Virus record (IMG/VR): IMGVR_UViG_3300032116_000089
Location: 1-64,000 of that record
Source of the DNA: a virus
Reading direction: 5' to 3' (one strand)
Length of the DNA: 64,000 nt
Shown here: piece by piece, positions 46,813-57,400 of the stretch
How positions within the stretch are numbered: position 1 is the stretch's first letter
How the letters are laid out: the number at the start of each line of letters is the position of its first letter
Translations under genes and position numbers: made by a program
The notes under the pieces: generated by a model
What the model was told of the DNA's origin: nothing
What the model saw: only the letters and a program-made list of their open reading frames with translations
The model's database searches: none

Positions 46813-49800
46813 CTATGGATCACAACAGCATGATGTGTCTACTGCGCTTATCCAAATTGGTCTATATTCTCTGTTTACTAAACCAGCAATGACATATGCG
46901 CCAGAATGTATGACAGATGTTATATCTCTATTGAATATAAATATTGTGCCAGAGTTTGCCCAATCATTGTCTTTAATAAGCATTACACCGCTGGTTTTGT
47001 TTCCATTTGTTGGAGCTTGCAATCCGCTTGGCATATATCCTTCTATAAACATAGTGCGGATTAAATTAATTCCGCTATTTCCTATAGATATACCACTATT
47101 TCCTAGATTGACTCCACTCTGAGCTAGATTTGTGGCGTGAGTTATTCCACTAGAAGTATCAAGGGATGTGCCATCGCTAAACCTAATAGCTCCTCTTAGA
47201 CGTAAATCGCCGTTAAGTTCAGCAAACGGTCTTCCAGATGGATCTGGTGGAGTATAGTATGTTGTAGCATTCAACATCGGATTCTTAACGTGATCTAAAA
47301 CTAATAAATCAGCAGATCCGCTAGCACTAAATCTAAAACGTAAATTATTAGATGGATATAGTAAATTTGTTCCACTATTAATAACTTCAATTATATTAGT
47401 TTTTAGATGTAAGCTTTCTGTATCATTAGCATTATTGATATATAATCTTCCGCCACTTGGCATTATAAGTTTTTTATCAATGTTATTGGGACCAATAGTG
47501 CCACTAAATAATAACTTATCATTTAAACCTAATAGGAATTGATAAGATCCACTCTCTGAACTTCCAATGTTATGACCAATAATGATGTTGCCACTAGTAT
47601 TAGATAACGAAGGAGTCTTATTAAAAGAATAGTTTCCAAAGACTAAGTTATCATATGTAATATTAAGGCCACTAGCTGAGTTTTGACCAATAACTATATT
47701 ATTGTTTCCAGAAGTTAGATTATATAGTGACTCATAACCAATTGAAGTGTTGCCAGACCCAGAGTGAATATTAAATAATGACTTATATCCATAGCTAGTA
47801 TTGTACATTGTTTTTCTAGATATGTCTCTTCTTCCAGACGGAGACATGTATCCAGCATATGTATTCCCGCTTGGGTCAGTATAAACTGCTCTAGCATCTA
47901 AATTGTCTAGCTTATTAACAACTAAGTCAAAGTTATTGCCAGATGAATCTAAGTAAAACAATGAGTTATGTTGTCTAGCAAATTCTTTGTATGTATGAAG
48001 ATTATATATCTTACCGTATCCGCTCGTTGGGGTTACGGAAGAAGTGCTAACAAATCTGTTATCTTTAAGACTAATGGCTGGAAGTGCTGGGCCACCACTG
48101 TATCCAACTGTAATCATTGCGTTGGTATTGCCGCTAGATAGTATCCCTATTTGTTGAGAATTTTTTAATCTGGCAAAAATAATTTGTCCAGAATCTTTAA
48201 ACATATTTATGTCAAGAACACCGCTTCGGCTTAAATAGGCAATCTCTGCGCCACTCAATTCGCAATTTAATGGGGCTAATAGTTGTATGGCAGATTTCTT
48301 GAATCCGTTGTTTTGAGATGTAAATCTTCCAATGCAATCAATTTGAGATCTAACATTTAAAATTGTATTCGGTAAGATACTTTCGGTAATTGATGGAATA
48401 TTAGTTATTGAAAGAACAGAACCATTGTTATCATCCTTCATAAGAACTAGGCCATTGACGAACCTAGAAGTATCATTATATGATCCAATTACAAATCTAT
48501 CTGTCAAATCACCTTGAACATCTAAATCGGTATCATCTATATACTTTAATTCAAAACCACGAAGTTTATCTTTATTTTGATTAGCTATATCTTTGGTTCT
48601 TATCTTTGATCTACTCAAAAATCTCTGACTGACATTTACTCCAGACTCTAAAGCAGAGACTGAGAAAACATAATCAGAAGTGTCGCCAGAATTAGATATA
48701 AAGTTGATGTTTCCAACACCAGCTAAATGTCCGCTTGATGATCCGGGATTAACATTTAATACATTCTTACGAGAGATATATGTTATTCCACTATTAAAAA
48801 ATAATCCAAAACAATCATTTTCACCAAATGCTGATGGATTATAAGATACGATACTATTGGTTTTAATGTATCTATCGCTTGGTACTTGAAAATTTATGTT
48901 ACTATACCATGTAGCATTATACTGATCGCTAAAGCAAGACATGCCTTCGGATGGTTGTCTGAATATTAGACTATATTGTTTGTTACTTGTAAGTGACTTA
49001 AGAAATAATCCACCACCATCTAGGCCAGAATCTGTAAATAGCGGTTCATTAGATGAGTTAACGCCAAGGTAAAGGTTTTTATTATTATATGTTTCAGTAT
49101 CTACATTTATTAACCTACCTATGCTTGCTACATTATTTACAATTATGTTATCAAAATATCCAACTACCCATCTTCTAGATTGACTACCTAAAGAAAAATT
49201 ACTACCTATTGATGGTAGAAAAGATCCGCTTAGAGATATGGCCAAAGAAGATTCTCTTAATAAGGTAACATTATTGTTAAATCTAATGCCACTGGATACA
49301 TGAACATTTTGCCAAGGATAAAGTGCGTGTCCTAAATCAAAAGATCCGCTTCTAGATGGAGAAATATTGCCACTAACTTGCAGTGTTCCAAAATTATGAA
49401 GAGTTCTAGTTCCGACACCAAGTTGAATTCCAGATAAGTCTCCATGCAATAAAGGAATCCAACCAGAGCCTAATGGATTGCTGCATATATGAGTATCATT
49501 TACTGGATGATAAGCTAAGAAAAACTTATAGTTATCATCCTTAGCTACATAATAACCAGCACCATGACCGATAGCAATATTTCCAGTTCCTGACTTATTT
49601 TTGTTTAAAGCAAAGTTGCCCAAACCAATGTTCAAATTACCAACGGTATTGCCAGCAAGGGCATGATAACCAAGACCAATATTGCCTTGACCGTATACGT
49701 TACAAGATAAAGAATTGGACCCTAAAGCTGTATTTTGAACCCCTTGATAATTAGCCTTTAACGCAAAATATCCTACAGCAGTATTATCTTGACTGTTAGC

Positions 49801-50028
49801 TCCCGGTACATATAAATACTCTATAGTAGATTGACCAACTCTAGTATTGCCAGAAGGAGATGTGGCTAGATTGAGCGCTCTTAATTCTGCATCAGCTGTT
49901 AAATTATGTACAGAATCGATAATATCAAGGAGATTGTGTCTAATATCATATGGAGATATTTCGCCACGCGCTTGATCGGATATCTCATTTGTAATATTAC
50001 TAACAAGCTGGGACTTGCTTAATATCAT
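46813..50028 (-). CDS. 1071-aa fibre/appendage protein with YadA-head-like NTAxGxxAL repeats
   Basis: Two clusters of N(T/I)xxGxx(A/S)L repeats, SFDLGxxxxxW fibre motifs and an N-terminal anchor shared with 41709-42674. Ends SCCCDP. Confidence 0.7.
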   Translation of the reverse strand: MILSKSQLVSNITNEISDQARGEISPYDIRHNLLDIIDSVHNLTADAELRALNLATSPSGNTRVGQSTIEYLYVPGANSQDNTAVGYFALKANYQGVQNTALGSNSLSCNVYGQGNIGLGYHALAGNTVGNLNIGLGNFALNKNKSGTGNIAIGHGAGYYVAKDDNYKFFLAYHPVNDTHICSNPLGSGWIPLLHGDLSGIQLGVGTRTLHNFGTLQVSGNISPSRSGSFDLGHALYPWQNVHVSSGIRFNNNVTLLRESSLAISLSGSFLPSIGSNFSLGSQSRRWVVGYFDNIIVNNVASIGRLINVDTETYNNKNLYLGVNSSNEPLFTDSGLDGGGLFLKSLTSNKQYSLIFRQPSEGMSCFSDQYNATWYSNINFQVPSDRYIKTNSIVSYNPSAFGENDCFGLFFNSGITYISRKNVLNVNPGSSSGHLAGVGNINFISNSGDTSDYVFSVSALESGVNVSQRFLSRSKIRTKDIANQNKDKLRGFELKYIDDTDLDVQGDLTDRFVIGSYNDTSRFVNGLVLMKDDNNGSVLSITNIPSITESILPNTILNVRSQIDCIGRFTSQNNGFKKSAIQLLAPLNCELSGAEIAYLSRSGVLDINMFKDSGQIIFARLKNSQQIGILSSGNTNAMITVGYSGGPALPAISLKDNRFVSTSSVTPTSGYGKIYNLHTYKEFARQHNSLFYLDSSGNNFDLVVNKLDNLDARAVYTDPSGNTYAGYMSPSGRRDISRKTMYNTSYGYKSLFNIHSGSGNTSIGYESLYNLTSGNNNIVIGQNSASGLNITYDNLVFGNYSFNKTPSLSNTSGNIIIGHNIGSSESGSYQFLLGLNDKLLFSGTIGPNNIDKKLIMPSGGRLYINNANDTESLHLKTNIIEVINSGTNLLYPSNNLRFRFSASGSADLLVLDHVKNPMLNATTYYTPPDPSGRPFAELNGDLRLRGAIRFSDGTSLDTSSGITHATNLAQSGVNLGNSGISIGNSGINLIRTMFIEGYMPSGLQAPTNGNKTSGVMLIKDNDWANSGTIFIFNRDITSVIHSGAYVIAGLVNREYRPIWISAVDTSCCCDP

Positions 50029-50043
50029 GTTAAGTTCCAGTAA

Positions 50044-50748
50044 CTATTTTAGGCTGATTTCTAGCGAATTAGCATCAAATCTTATATTGTCTCCAAGATA
50101 AACATAGCGTGGATTAGTTAGTTTAGCATACATCAATAAATTACCAGAGCCAACGGTTGGATGATCTACCACAGCTATTCCAGAAACCCAACCCCATTCA
50201 GTTAAGGCTGTATTGAAGACAATTTGATTTTTGTTTCTAATAAAACCATTACCCTCATAATCTGGATAATTAGATTTGACATATACTCCAGAATTAAACA
50301 TCCCAACATTTCCACTTGGCGCAAAAAATGAAACAGATGGAAATTCTTTAAAAGTATATGTAATATTTTCTCCGGGTCCACCATTGGCTGTAGAGTAACT
50401 ATTTGCAGCCGTGGTAGATAGAAATATAGGATAAAAATATGCTAGTGTTCCGCTGGTAGTTGAGCCATATACACTATAAGCAGTTGTGGAATCTACCCCA
50501 ACAGAATTCCAAGAATTGTCACCATTTGTGGCTGGAGAACCCAAGCTTATTCTTTGATAATTAGTTGTAACAAAGTTAAGGCCATTTTGTACACCAGATG
50601 GTAATTCTGGAATAGAGCTTCCAGTATCAGAATCTAACGGTACTCCACTTGTTAAAGCAATACAAATTGTAGATGGTCTTGAGAAAGCGGAGTTTCGGAA
50701 GAGATGACTCAATAGACCAGACTCAAGATAATCCGATAATGCGGCCAT
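50044..50748 (-). CDS. conserved phage virion structural protein
   Basis: LSDYLESGLLSHLFR...IALT...YQR...IVFNTALTEWGWVSGIAVVD...GNLL...GDNIRF matches a widespread phage structural family, here with a central insertion. Confidence 0.65.
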   Translation of the reverse strand: MAALSDYLESGLLSHLFRNSAFSRPSTICIALTSGVPLDSDTGSSIPELPSGVQNGLNFVTTNYQRISLGSPATNGDNSWNSVGVDSTTAYSVYGSTTSGTLAYFYPIFLSTTAANSYSTANGGPGENITYTFKEFPSVSFFAPSGNVGMFNSGVYVKSNYPDYEGNGFIRNKNQIVFNTALTEWGWVSGIAVVDHPTVGSGNLLMYAKLTNPRYVYLGDNIRFDANSLEISLK

Positions 50749-50792
50749 ATTATTCTCCTATTATGTCCTTTGAATAACGTTATCTAATGTAT

Positions 50793-50799
50793 TATACAC
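50793..50799 (-). promoter_or_regulatory. GTGTATA putative late promoter abutting the capsid terminator U-tract
   Basis: Minus strand reads TTTTTTGTGTATAATACAT, 45 nt upstream of ATG 50748. Confidence 0.7.
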
Positions 50800-50834
50800 A
50801 AAAAAGCCACCCCCAATCGCTTGAGGATGGCTTT
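50800..50834 (-). terminator. rho-independent terminator after the major capsid gene
   Basis: mRNA reads AAAGCCAUCCUCAA-GCGA-UUGGGGGUGGCUUUUUU: a GNRA loop, G-U pairs and a U-tract. Confidence 0.9.
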
Positions 50835-50860
50835 AATGTGATGGATATTTCTAAATTATA

Positions 50861-51868
50861 TCAGAAAGAACCGAGAACGATTCTGCGATTATCTAGAACA
50901 CCAAAGCCAAGTTCAGCCCATCCGTAGTAGCCAGCGCGTTGCTGACGATGTAGGGTGGGATCTTCGAATACCTGTAGCTGTTGCTTGACGGGCATTACGA
51001 AACTATCATTCATGGACTGATCAAGACCAACAACAAGTTCAACGTCGCTTGCCTGTACAGCACCGCCAAGATCGCTAGTGAAGAAGTTCTGGTACTGTTG
51101 ACCTTCGCCTAGTTCGTCTAGGTCATGGAGGTTAACACCAAAGATTCTTGTCACAACGGATGCGTCTGGAGCGGCATTGTAGATTTCACGACGGGTAACG
51201 TCATCAATCTGGTCTAGACCCCAGTTACGAATATCTTCTAAAGCTTCTGGCGATAGATAGATATCTGTTAAGCGGCCACGACCAACTGACGCGGAGTTAC
51301 CGCCAGAATTTCTACGCATGACTGTCTGCATGAGTGATACTAATCTCTTTGAGAATAGACCAGCTGTTGCATCAGCATCATAGACGAGGATGTTACGATC
51401 AACGCCAGCGGCTAGAATGGTGTGCCAGCCGTCATCGTTCATCTTCTTAGTGAAACCAGCTTCCATAACCTGCATGGCACGACCAACGATATCCCATCTG
51501 GCTTCGCGGGCAAAGCGAAGTAGATAGTCAACCGATGATGCGATTGTGTAGGTTGGAATCATTACGTAGTCGCCTTCGACTGAACGCTCTGGGATTCTAC
51601 CGTGACCGGGATTGGTGTAAGCGACATGCTCACCTTCAAGGCCGGGGGAGATAAGATCTAGAGGAAATTCAGTTGTTGAACCGGCTTCCACGTTAACGGT
51701 TTCGAAAATATTACCGAGGATATTACCAACTAAAACGCCCTTACGTAAGGGAAGTTCTAGAGCTTTGGCAAACTCACGTTGAGCAGCCATTGCTACATTG
51801 ATATCGGCATCCCCTGACTTGCGTAGGAGGGCGATAAAGTCATCGCTAGGTCTTTCAGTTATTGGCAT
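50861..51868 (-). CDS. major capsid protein (HK97-like fold, inferred)
   Basis: 335 aa after the protease-scaffold and decoration genes. Higher GC than its neighbours, AAGGAG RBS, followed by a terminator. C-terminal GYYGWAELGFGVLD is a capsid-like strand. Confidence 0.85.
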   Translation of the reverse strand: MPITERPSDDFIALLRKSGDADINVAMAAQREFAKALELPLRKGVLVGNILGNIFETVNVEAGSTTEFPLDLISPGLEGEHVAYTNPGHGRIPERSVEGDYVMIPTYTIASSVDYLLRFAREARWDIVGRAMQVMEAGFTKKMNDDGWHTILAAGVDRNILVYDADATAGLFSKRLVSLMQTVMRRNSGGNSASVGRGRLTDIYLSPEALEDIRNWGLDQIDDVTRREIYNAAPDASVVTRIFGVNLHDLDELGEGQQYQNFFTSDLGGAVQASDVELVVGLDQSMNDSFVMPVKQQLQVFEDPTLHRQQRAGYYGWAELGFGVLDNRRIVLGSF

Positions 51869-51896
51869 GTTTAATTCTCCTTTTATTTTATTATAC

Positions 51897-52364
51897 TCAG
51901 GGGAGGTTGACTTCTACTTTGGCATAGCCATCGGCATCCTTACTGGTAAGGAAACGACCGACAACTAAACCACCAGAACTGCCGGGACTGTCGCCACGAA
52001 CATTGCCAGCATTTACGTGGCAAGCATAGGCTAATGAGCCAGCACTTGGTGAACCGGTGACGTTGTTTGTTACGACATAACCCTTGCGGAGTACTGTCAC
52101 TTTGCCACCCTTCTGCACTTCATCCTTATACTGGTTGAGGTGAGTACGGGTTAGATCCTTATTTACTACGTCGTTTAATAGAATACCAACTGGAACATTG
52201 GTGCCACTTACGGCGGCATACTTCACAAGGTTAACACCTTGATCCATAGCTGCACCAGAACCAGCGGTATCATGAACAACTACACCACCGCGAGTTGCAG
52301 TACCGGCGTTGTAGAAGAAACTGATATCAGTCTGAAGCTCGTATCTATCTGCTTTTAGGGCCAT
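51897..52364 (-). CDS. head decoration / cement protein
   Basis: 155-aa Gly/Val-rich protein (PVGILLNDVV, GGKVTVLRKG) between scaffold and capsid genes. Confidence 0.7.
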   Translation of the reverse strand: MALKADRYELQTDISFFYNAGTATRGGVVVHDTAGSGAAMDQGVNLVKYAAVSGTNVPVGILLNDVVNKDLTRTHLNQYKDEVQKGGKVTVLRKGYVVTNNVTGSPSAGSLAYACHVNAGNVRGDSPGSSGGLVVGRFLTSKDADGYAKVEVNLP

Positions 52365-52381
52365 AGTTTTTCTCCTTTATA

Positions 52382-53785
52382 TCACTTACGTAAAACGTTA
52401 TTTGTTAGCCACTCTGCCACACTAGCTCTTGTGGCTTCTATTTCATCGCTAGCATCAGAAGCATCTACGAGAGTGGCTTCTGTTGTTTTTACTTCTTCAA
52501 AAATAGCAGCAGTTGATTCTTCAGCTACTTCTGTTTTCTCTTCTGCGACAACTTCAGTTTCTGAAGCCATTTCCTTCTTTTCTTCTTTCATCATCTTATC
52601 CTTCATGGCTCCCCACTTTTTCTTCATGGCAGCAACAACTGCTTCGAAGGCTTCGTCGCTAAGAGCATCATATAAAGAAAGTGATTCATCGGCTTCCGAA
52701 TCTTCAAAGCCAGCCATGACTAGCTTTTCTTTTCGGCTACGATCTTTTTCTTTCTTCTTCATGTCTTTCATTTCTTTATCCATTGCTGCTAAATCCTTTT
52801 GTAGATTAGCAATTGTTTCTTCTAAAGTTGTTACCTTAGAAGCATAAGCTTGAATTTCTGTTTCTTTAGCGACTAATGAAGCCTCTAATTCTGAAACATT
52901 GTTTTCTACTTGTACTTCTGTAGCTTCAACCTTTGCAGCTTCTTCTACAACTGGTGCAGTTTCTAGCTGCTTCTCTTCATTATTATCTGACATATTCACT
53001 TCTCCTTCTGAAACGTTGGAAATAGTTTGTTGTTCATCAACAGAGAAAGCCTTGCTAGAATCAAGAATGATACTTCTGGGATTTGCTGGTCTAGATACTA
53101 AACCTTTACCAGAAAAAGAAATATCTCTTAATAATCTACCAATTTGATAGCCTTCATATTCTCCGGTTCCGCCATAAGCCCTTAAATGCTTGGTTAAAAA
53201 TGCCGAGTCTTCATTTCTGGCAACTACTTTACTTTTACCAGCATTATCTTTTACGGCATAGTCAAAACCAGCAAATAAACATTCCATTGAAACGAACCAC
53301 TTACCTTGTTCTATCTCTGATATGATTTTTTGCATCCTCTCTCTGTTCTCTGGATTTGTCCAACTGTTATAAATAACGGCTTCGGTTACAATGTCGAATT
53401 CATATGGTGTTTCAGAGTCTTCTGCGCTGACTTTGTTACCATCTCTATCAACAACATAACATCCAGTGATGTGTCCTATTATATCGTTTTCATTATGCAT
53501 TAAATTAAATTGTTTGTCTTCTGGAGTACTACGAGCCGCCCAAGTTTGGTTCGGATCGAAAACGTCATCGTTTTTATTCCATCCAGTAGAAACTAATATC
53601 GATTTAAGATAGTATAAATCTATTTGATTTGGATTGCTAGATGCTTTTACTTTATCTAACAAAAGTTGAACAGCATCTGATTCTGTTTTGTTGCTAAGAA
53701 CGGCAGCTGAACAATAAGCTATAGTCGTGTCATTTTTAACACGTTCTGATACTCCGTCAGCGATTTCTTGTGCATATATTTTCAT
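52382..53785 (-). CDS. prohead protease fused to scaffold
   Basis: N-terminal NKNDDVF...MHNENDIIGH...FVSMEC...GLVSRPAN protease-like motifs and an acidic coiled-coil C-terminal half. Start set at ATG 53785 with a GAGGA RBS. Confidence 0.8.
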   Translation of the reverse strand: MKIYAQEIADGVSERVKNDTTIAYCSAAVLSNKTESDAVQLLLDKVKASSNPNQIDLYYLKSILVSTGWNKNDDVFDPNQTWAARSTPEDKQFNLMHNENDIIGHITGCYVVDRDGNKVSAEDSETPYEFDIVTEAVIYNSWTNPENRERMQKIISEIEQGKWFVSMECLFAGFDYAVKDNAGKSKVVARNEDSAFLTKHLRAYGGTGEYEGYQIGRLLRDISFSGKGLVSRPANPRSIILDSSKAFSVDEQQTISNVSEGEVNMSDNNEEKQLETAPVVEEAAKVEATEVQVENNVSELEASLVAKETEIQAYASKVTTLEETIANLQKDLAAMDKEMKDMKKKEKDRSRKEKLVMAGFEDSEADESLSLYDALSDEAFEAVVAAMKKKWGAMKDKMMKEEKKEMASETEVVAEEKTEVAEESTAAIFEEVKTTEATLVDASDASDEIEATRASVAEWLTNNVLRK

Positions 53786-53814
53786 ATTTTCCTCATGGTG
53801 TCTCTCACAGATAA

Positions 53815-53821
53815 TATACAC
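53815..53821 (-). promoter_or_regulatory. GTGTATA putative late promoter
   Basis: Minus strand reads GTTTTTGTGTATATTATCT, 30 nt upstream of ATG 53785. Confidence 0.65.
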
Positions 53822-53881
53822 AAAAACATAGTAAGTTTAGCGAATTGGTATATGTATGATAGACAAAATAAAAGTAATTTA

Positions 53882-54250
53882 TTATTCAATTGGCGATGAG
53901 GTTGTGGTTATAGGTTCTTGAGTCGTAGTTGTGGGGGTAGATATGGTAACGGTTCCATCGTCGTTCATAGTAAATTGACCAATTAAGCTTAATCCATTAG
54001 ATATTGCTTCTGGTTTAACTGAAGCTATAAGTTGACCCAAAGCGTAATGTAACTCAAAAACCTCTTTAGCATCTGATCCTAATGCTGATGCGATTTGAGT
54101 CGGAGTTGCTCTGGGATTATTCCAAAAATTGCTAGATCCAGCATTGAAAGCGTTCTTCATCATAAAAAACGTTTGCTTTGTGGACAGTTTGAGATTATTT
54201 GCGACAGATTGTGCGGGATCTGGCGCTGGTGTGGAATCTAGTATGCTCAT
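53882..54250 (-). CDS. hypothetical protein with a Thr-rich tail
   Basis: 122 aa with GGAGA RBS and ATGA coupling. Confidence 0.6.
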   Translation of the reverse strand: MSILDSTPAPDPAQSVANNLKLSTKQTFFMMKNAFNAGSSNFWNNPRATPTQIASALGSDAKEVFELHYALGQLIASVKPEAISNGLSLIGQFTMNDDGTVTISTPTTTTQEPITTTSSPIE

Positions 54251-54429
54251 ATAGTTTCTCCATTATTTAAATTAAGCGATTGTAAATAGTTATCAGCAAC
54301 AACATTTACTTCTTCTTGTGTTGGATAGTGGTCAAATTTGAAAAACTGAGTCGAGTTTTCATCGATAACTACTCGCACCCTGTATTTATTTGCAGGATCA
54401 AGAAAAACTTCAGTAATAGTATAATTCAT
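54247..54429 (-). CDS. small hypothetical protein (possible spike accessory)
   Basis: 60 aa with AAGGTG RBS, directly after the spike gene. Confidence 0.55.
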   Translation of the reverse strand: MNYTITEVFLDPANKYRVRVVIDENSTQFFKFDHYPTQEEVNVVADNYLQSLNLNNGETI

Positions 54430-54437
54430 TTTTCACC

Positions 54438-57400
54438 TTATGCTTGTATTATTGTAAGATCATCAACATACCCGGTAAATGTAGTTCCGCCCCAGCACTC
54501 TACTAGTATTTCAACAACGCCCGATTCTGTTGGAGTAAAGTTCAGAGTCACTTGTTCCCATGTGTCAGCAGCAGCAGTCATATAGCTAATTACATCGTTA
54601 GTTACACCAGCTATTTGTCCACCCTTAACTCTTAATCTAAAAGTTAATCCTGTACTTGTGCGTCTCATCCATGCCTTAATTGTAACTATACTATTAGCAC
54701 TAACGGCAACTTTAGCAATAGAGAAATCCAATGGATAGGTTTCTCTTCTATAGTCACTGGTTGAAGATATGCTCCAAGCAAACCCAGTATTGCTGTATCT
54801 AACACTAGTTTGTGGTCTTACAACACCACCATCTGTATAGATATAGTGATTATTAGCAACTCCATCTAAATTCATACTATATATTCTAGCATTAGAGGCT
54901 GTATATATTCCAAACTCCGCAGACTCTAATACTGTGCAATTATTAAGAAACATGTCGCCAGCAAAACTATAGAATGCATTGCCTATATTTCCAGAAGTTA
55001 AACAATTAGTAAATGTTTCATTAAATCCACCGTGACCGGCCCTATATCCATCATTTTGATTATTCATAAAATTACAATTATTCCAAACATTATTTGCTCC
55101 ACCACCAGCATTTGTAGTAATTCCAAAAGAGCCATTGTTATTCCAGTAGCAATTGTTAAAAGTTACATGATTTCCATTTCCAAAATCCATTCCTCTTAAA
55201 GTATTGCTCAAAAAATAACAATTAGTGAATTTATGAAAATTAAATCCAAAGTCTGTTGCCATTCCAATCTGATTACAATTCATAAAAACATTTTCAAATT
55301 TACAATTTTGAGATGCGGTTGGAACTTGAAAATGATTGGTACATGATATAACATAAAAGTTACGAACATTACAGAAGAATGAATTTTGCATCCATACTCT
55401 ATCATACCTAATAAATCCCATCCTATTAAAACCATTACCAGATTTACTGCTTATATTTAATCCATAACCAAGGCTGTTTTGACCATCAAAAAAAGTAACT
55501 CCACTTTGAGTAGTCATATTAGTTCTATCAAAGCCACCCTCAAAAACAATATTGGGAGTAAAATGACTTGCTCCGTCATTGATCAAATGAACATTATTAC
55601 TAGCCGCTGATTGAACTGGTGTTTTTATAGTTTCTCTTTTAAATGTATTTATGGTTTCTGTTGTTCCATAGTATCCTTTTGAAAAGTTTCCCTGAGTACT
55701 AACAGCTGGACTTGTGGATAGTCTTCCGTCTATAATTACTCTGGTTCCAACAATACTTTGTATTGGATACCACGTTTCATTAGTAGTATTTTTTCCAATT
55801 AGTGATGTTAAGTTTAATGAATCTGCACTTGAATTAGCTTTACAGGCTATAATATTGCTTAATAAAACAGTTTGCGCCCCAAAATTATTACTACGATATA
55901 AAGCTACACTTTGAATGCTGTTTCCTAAATTAGTACCAAGATCAACAGTAAAAACATGCCATGTATTTAACGCTCCCAAGGCAGGAATATTGAAAGTATT
56001 AACCGCTGTAACACCAGCGTTATCGCTACATAATCTAAGTTGTAATCCGAAATTAGCAGTCGATCCAGCCGTTTGGTATATAAAAAAGCTTAGTTGTTGA
56101 TAGCCACTCAAGTCTTTGGTCGAGAATGATTTATATGCCATTAAGCCAGTTGTAAAAGAAGCATTCGCTGCTATCTGATCGCTAACATTTCCTTGTTTTG
56201 TAGTAGTCGATGTTGTTGCTGTTATGTTTGTGCTTGCTGTCCAAGCTGTGCGACCTTCTCCAACATTGCCATGACTAGCAATATTCTCTGTTAAAGCAGA
56301 TGCTAGTCTAACAACACAATTGGTTGCTTTTCTCGATGTGCCAGATGCCCCACCAACACCATTGCCAGTCGATCCAGTAAGAGTAAATGTAGTAGATCCA
56401 GTAACTGTTATTTCCCATGTTCCATTAGCATTAGTATTTGTAGCATGGTCACAAATAAATACAGTATCTCCTGTTGAGTACGCATGAGCAGATGAGGTTG
56501 TTATGGCTATCGGAGTTGCATTAGTAGATGATGCTATAGCAATTGTTGGGAAAGATCCTGTACCACTCCAAGTAGCATTTCCTATGCTTGTTGGATCTGG
56601 ACTAGCTTCAACTCTTATAATATCACAAGAATGAGTTCTAAGTGCTGTTAGTCCGTTTGTGAATGTTTGTATTCTTCCGCCTATAAAATATTGACGCGCA
56701 CTAGTATTTGCCAACGCTGTACCAGAAACAATAGCATATAGTGTTAAATTTGTACTATTTACTCTTGCTATTATATGGTAGTAAGCATATATGCTTCCAT
56801 TAAAAATACTTAAGATTTGTCCGGGGGGGTTTTCGTATGTCGTAACAGAAGCTGAAGCCTCTATTTGAATCCCAGTAAAATATATTCCCTTTGTTGCGTT
56901 TCCAAAATAGCTCATATTGACTAAATCTAATCCGGTATAGCTATCTTCGGCCATACAAAAAGAAAATATATCGCTAGAAGCATTAGCGGAAGACGTTACT
57001 GTTATGCTTAGTCTATACCAGCCTCCCCCGATATTGCTTATTGCAGAAGTGGCACCGGCCCCTGTTTGTTCCACAGTGCCGTTAGAAAGATTAAATCTTG
57101 CTGTTTTTGTAGTATCATTTGTCCATTGTAAAATAACTTTATTTCTTCCTGCGCTTCTAACATATACTGAGGCCGTATATTGAGTACTGTTAGCAATAGT
57201 AATAACACCGGCCTGTGTTCTAGCAAAATGGCTGGTGAGATTTGGATATTCTTGCAAATAATAAATATAAGAATTAATACCAGTTGGTCCGGTTATAGTT
57301 TCATCAACATAATAGTCCAAACTTAATAATCTGCATCCATTATAAGTTCCGTAACCTTGCCAGAAATTAGTGTGCCAACAAATATTTTTAAGAGGAGCTA

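Noticed and set aside
53786-53821. N-terminal extension MYIICERHHEEN of the protease ORF
   Set aside because: The GTG start is part of the GTGTATA motif, and ATG 53785 has a proper RBS.
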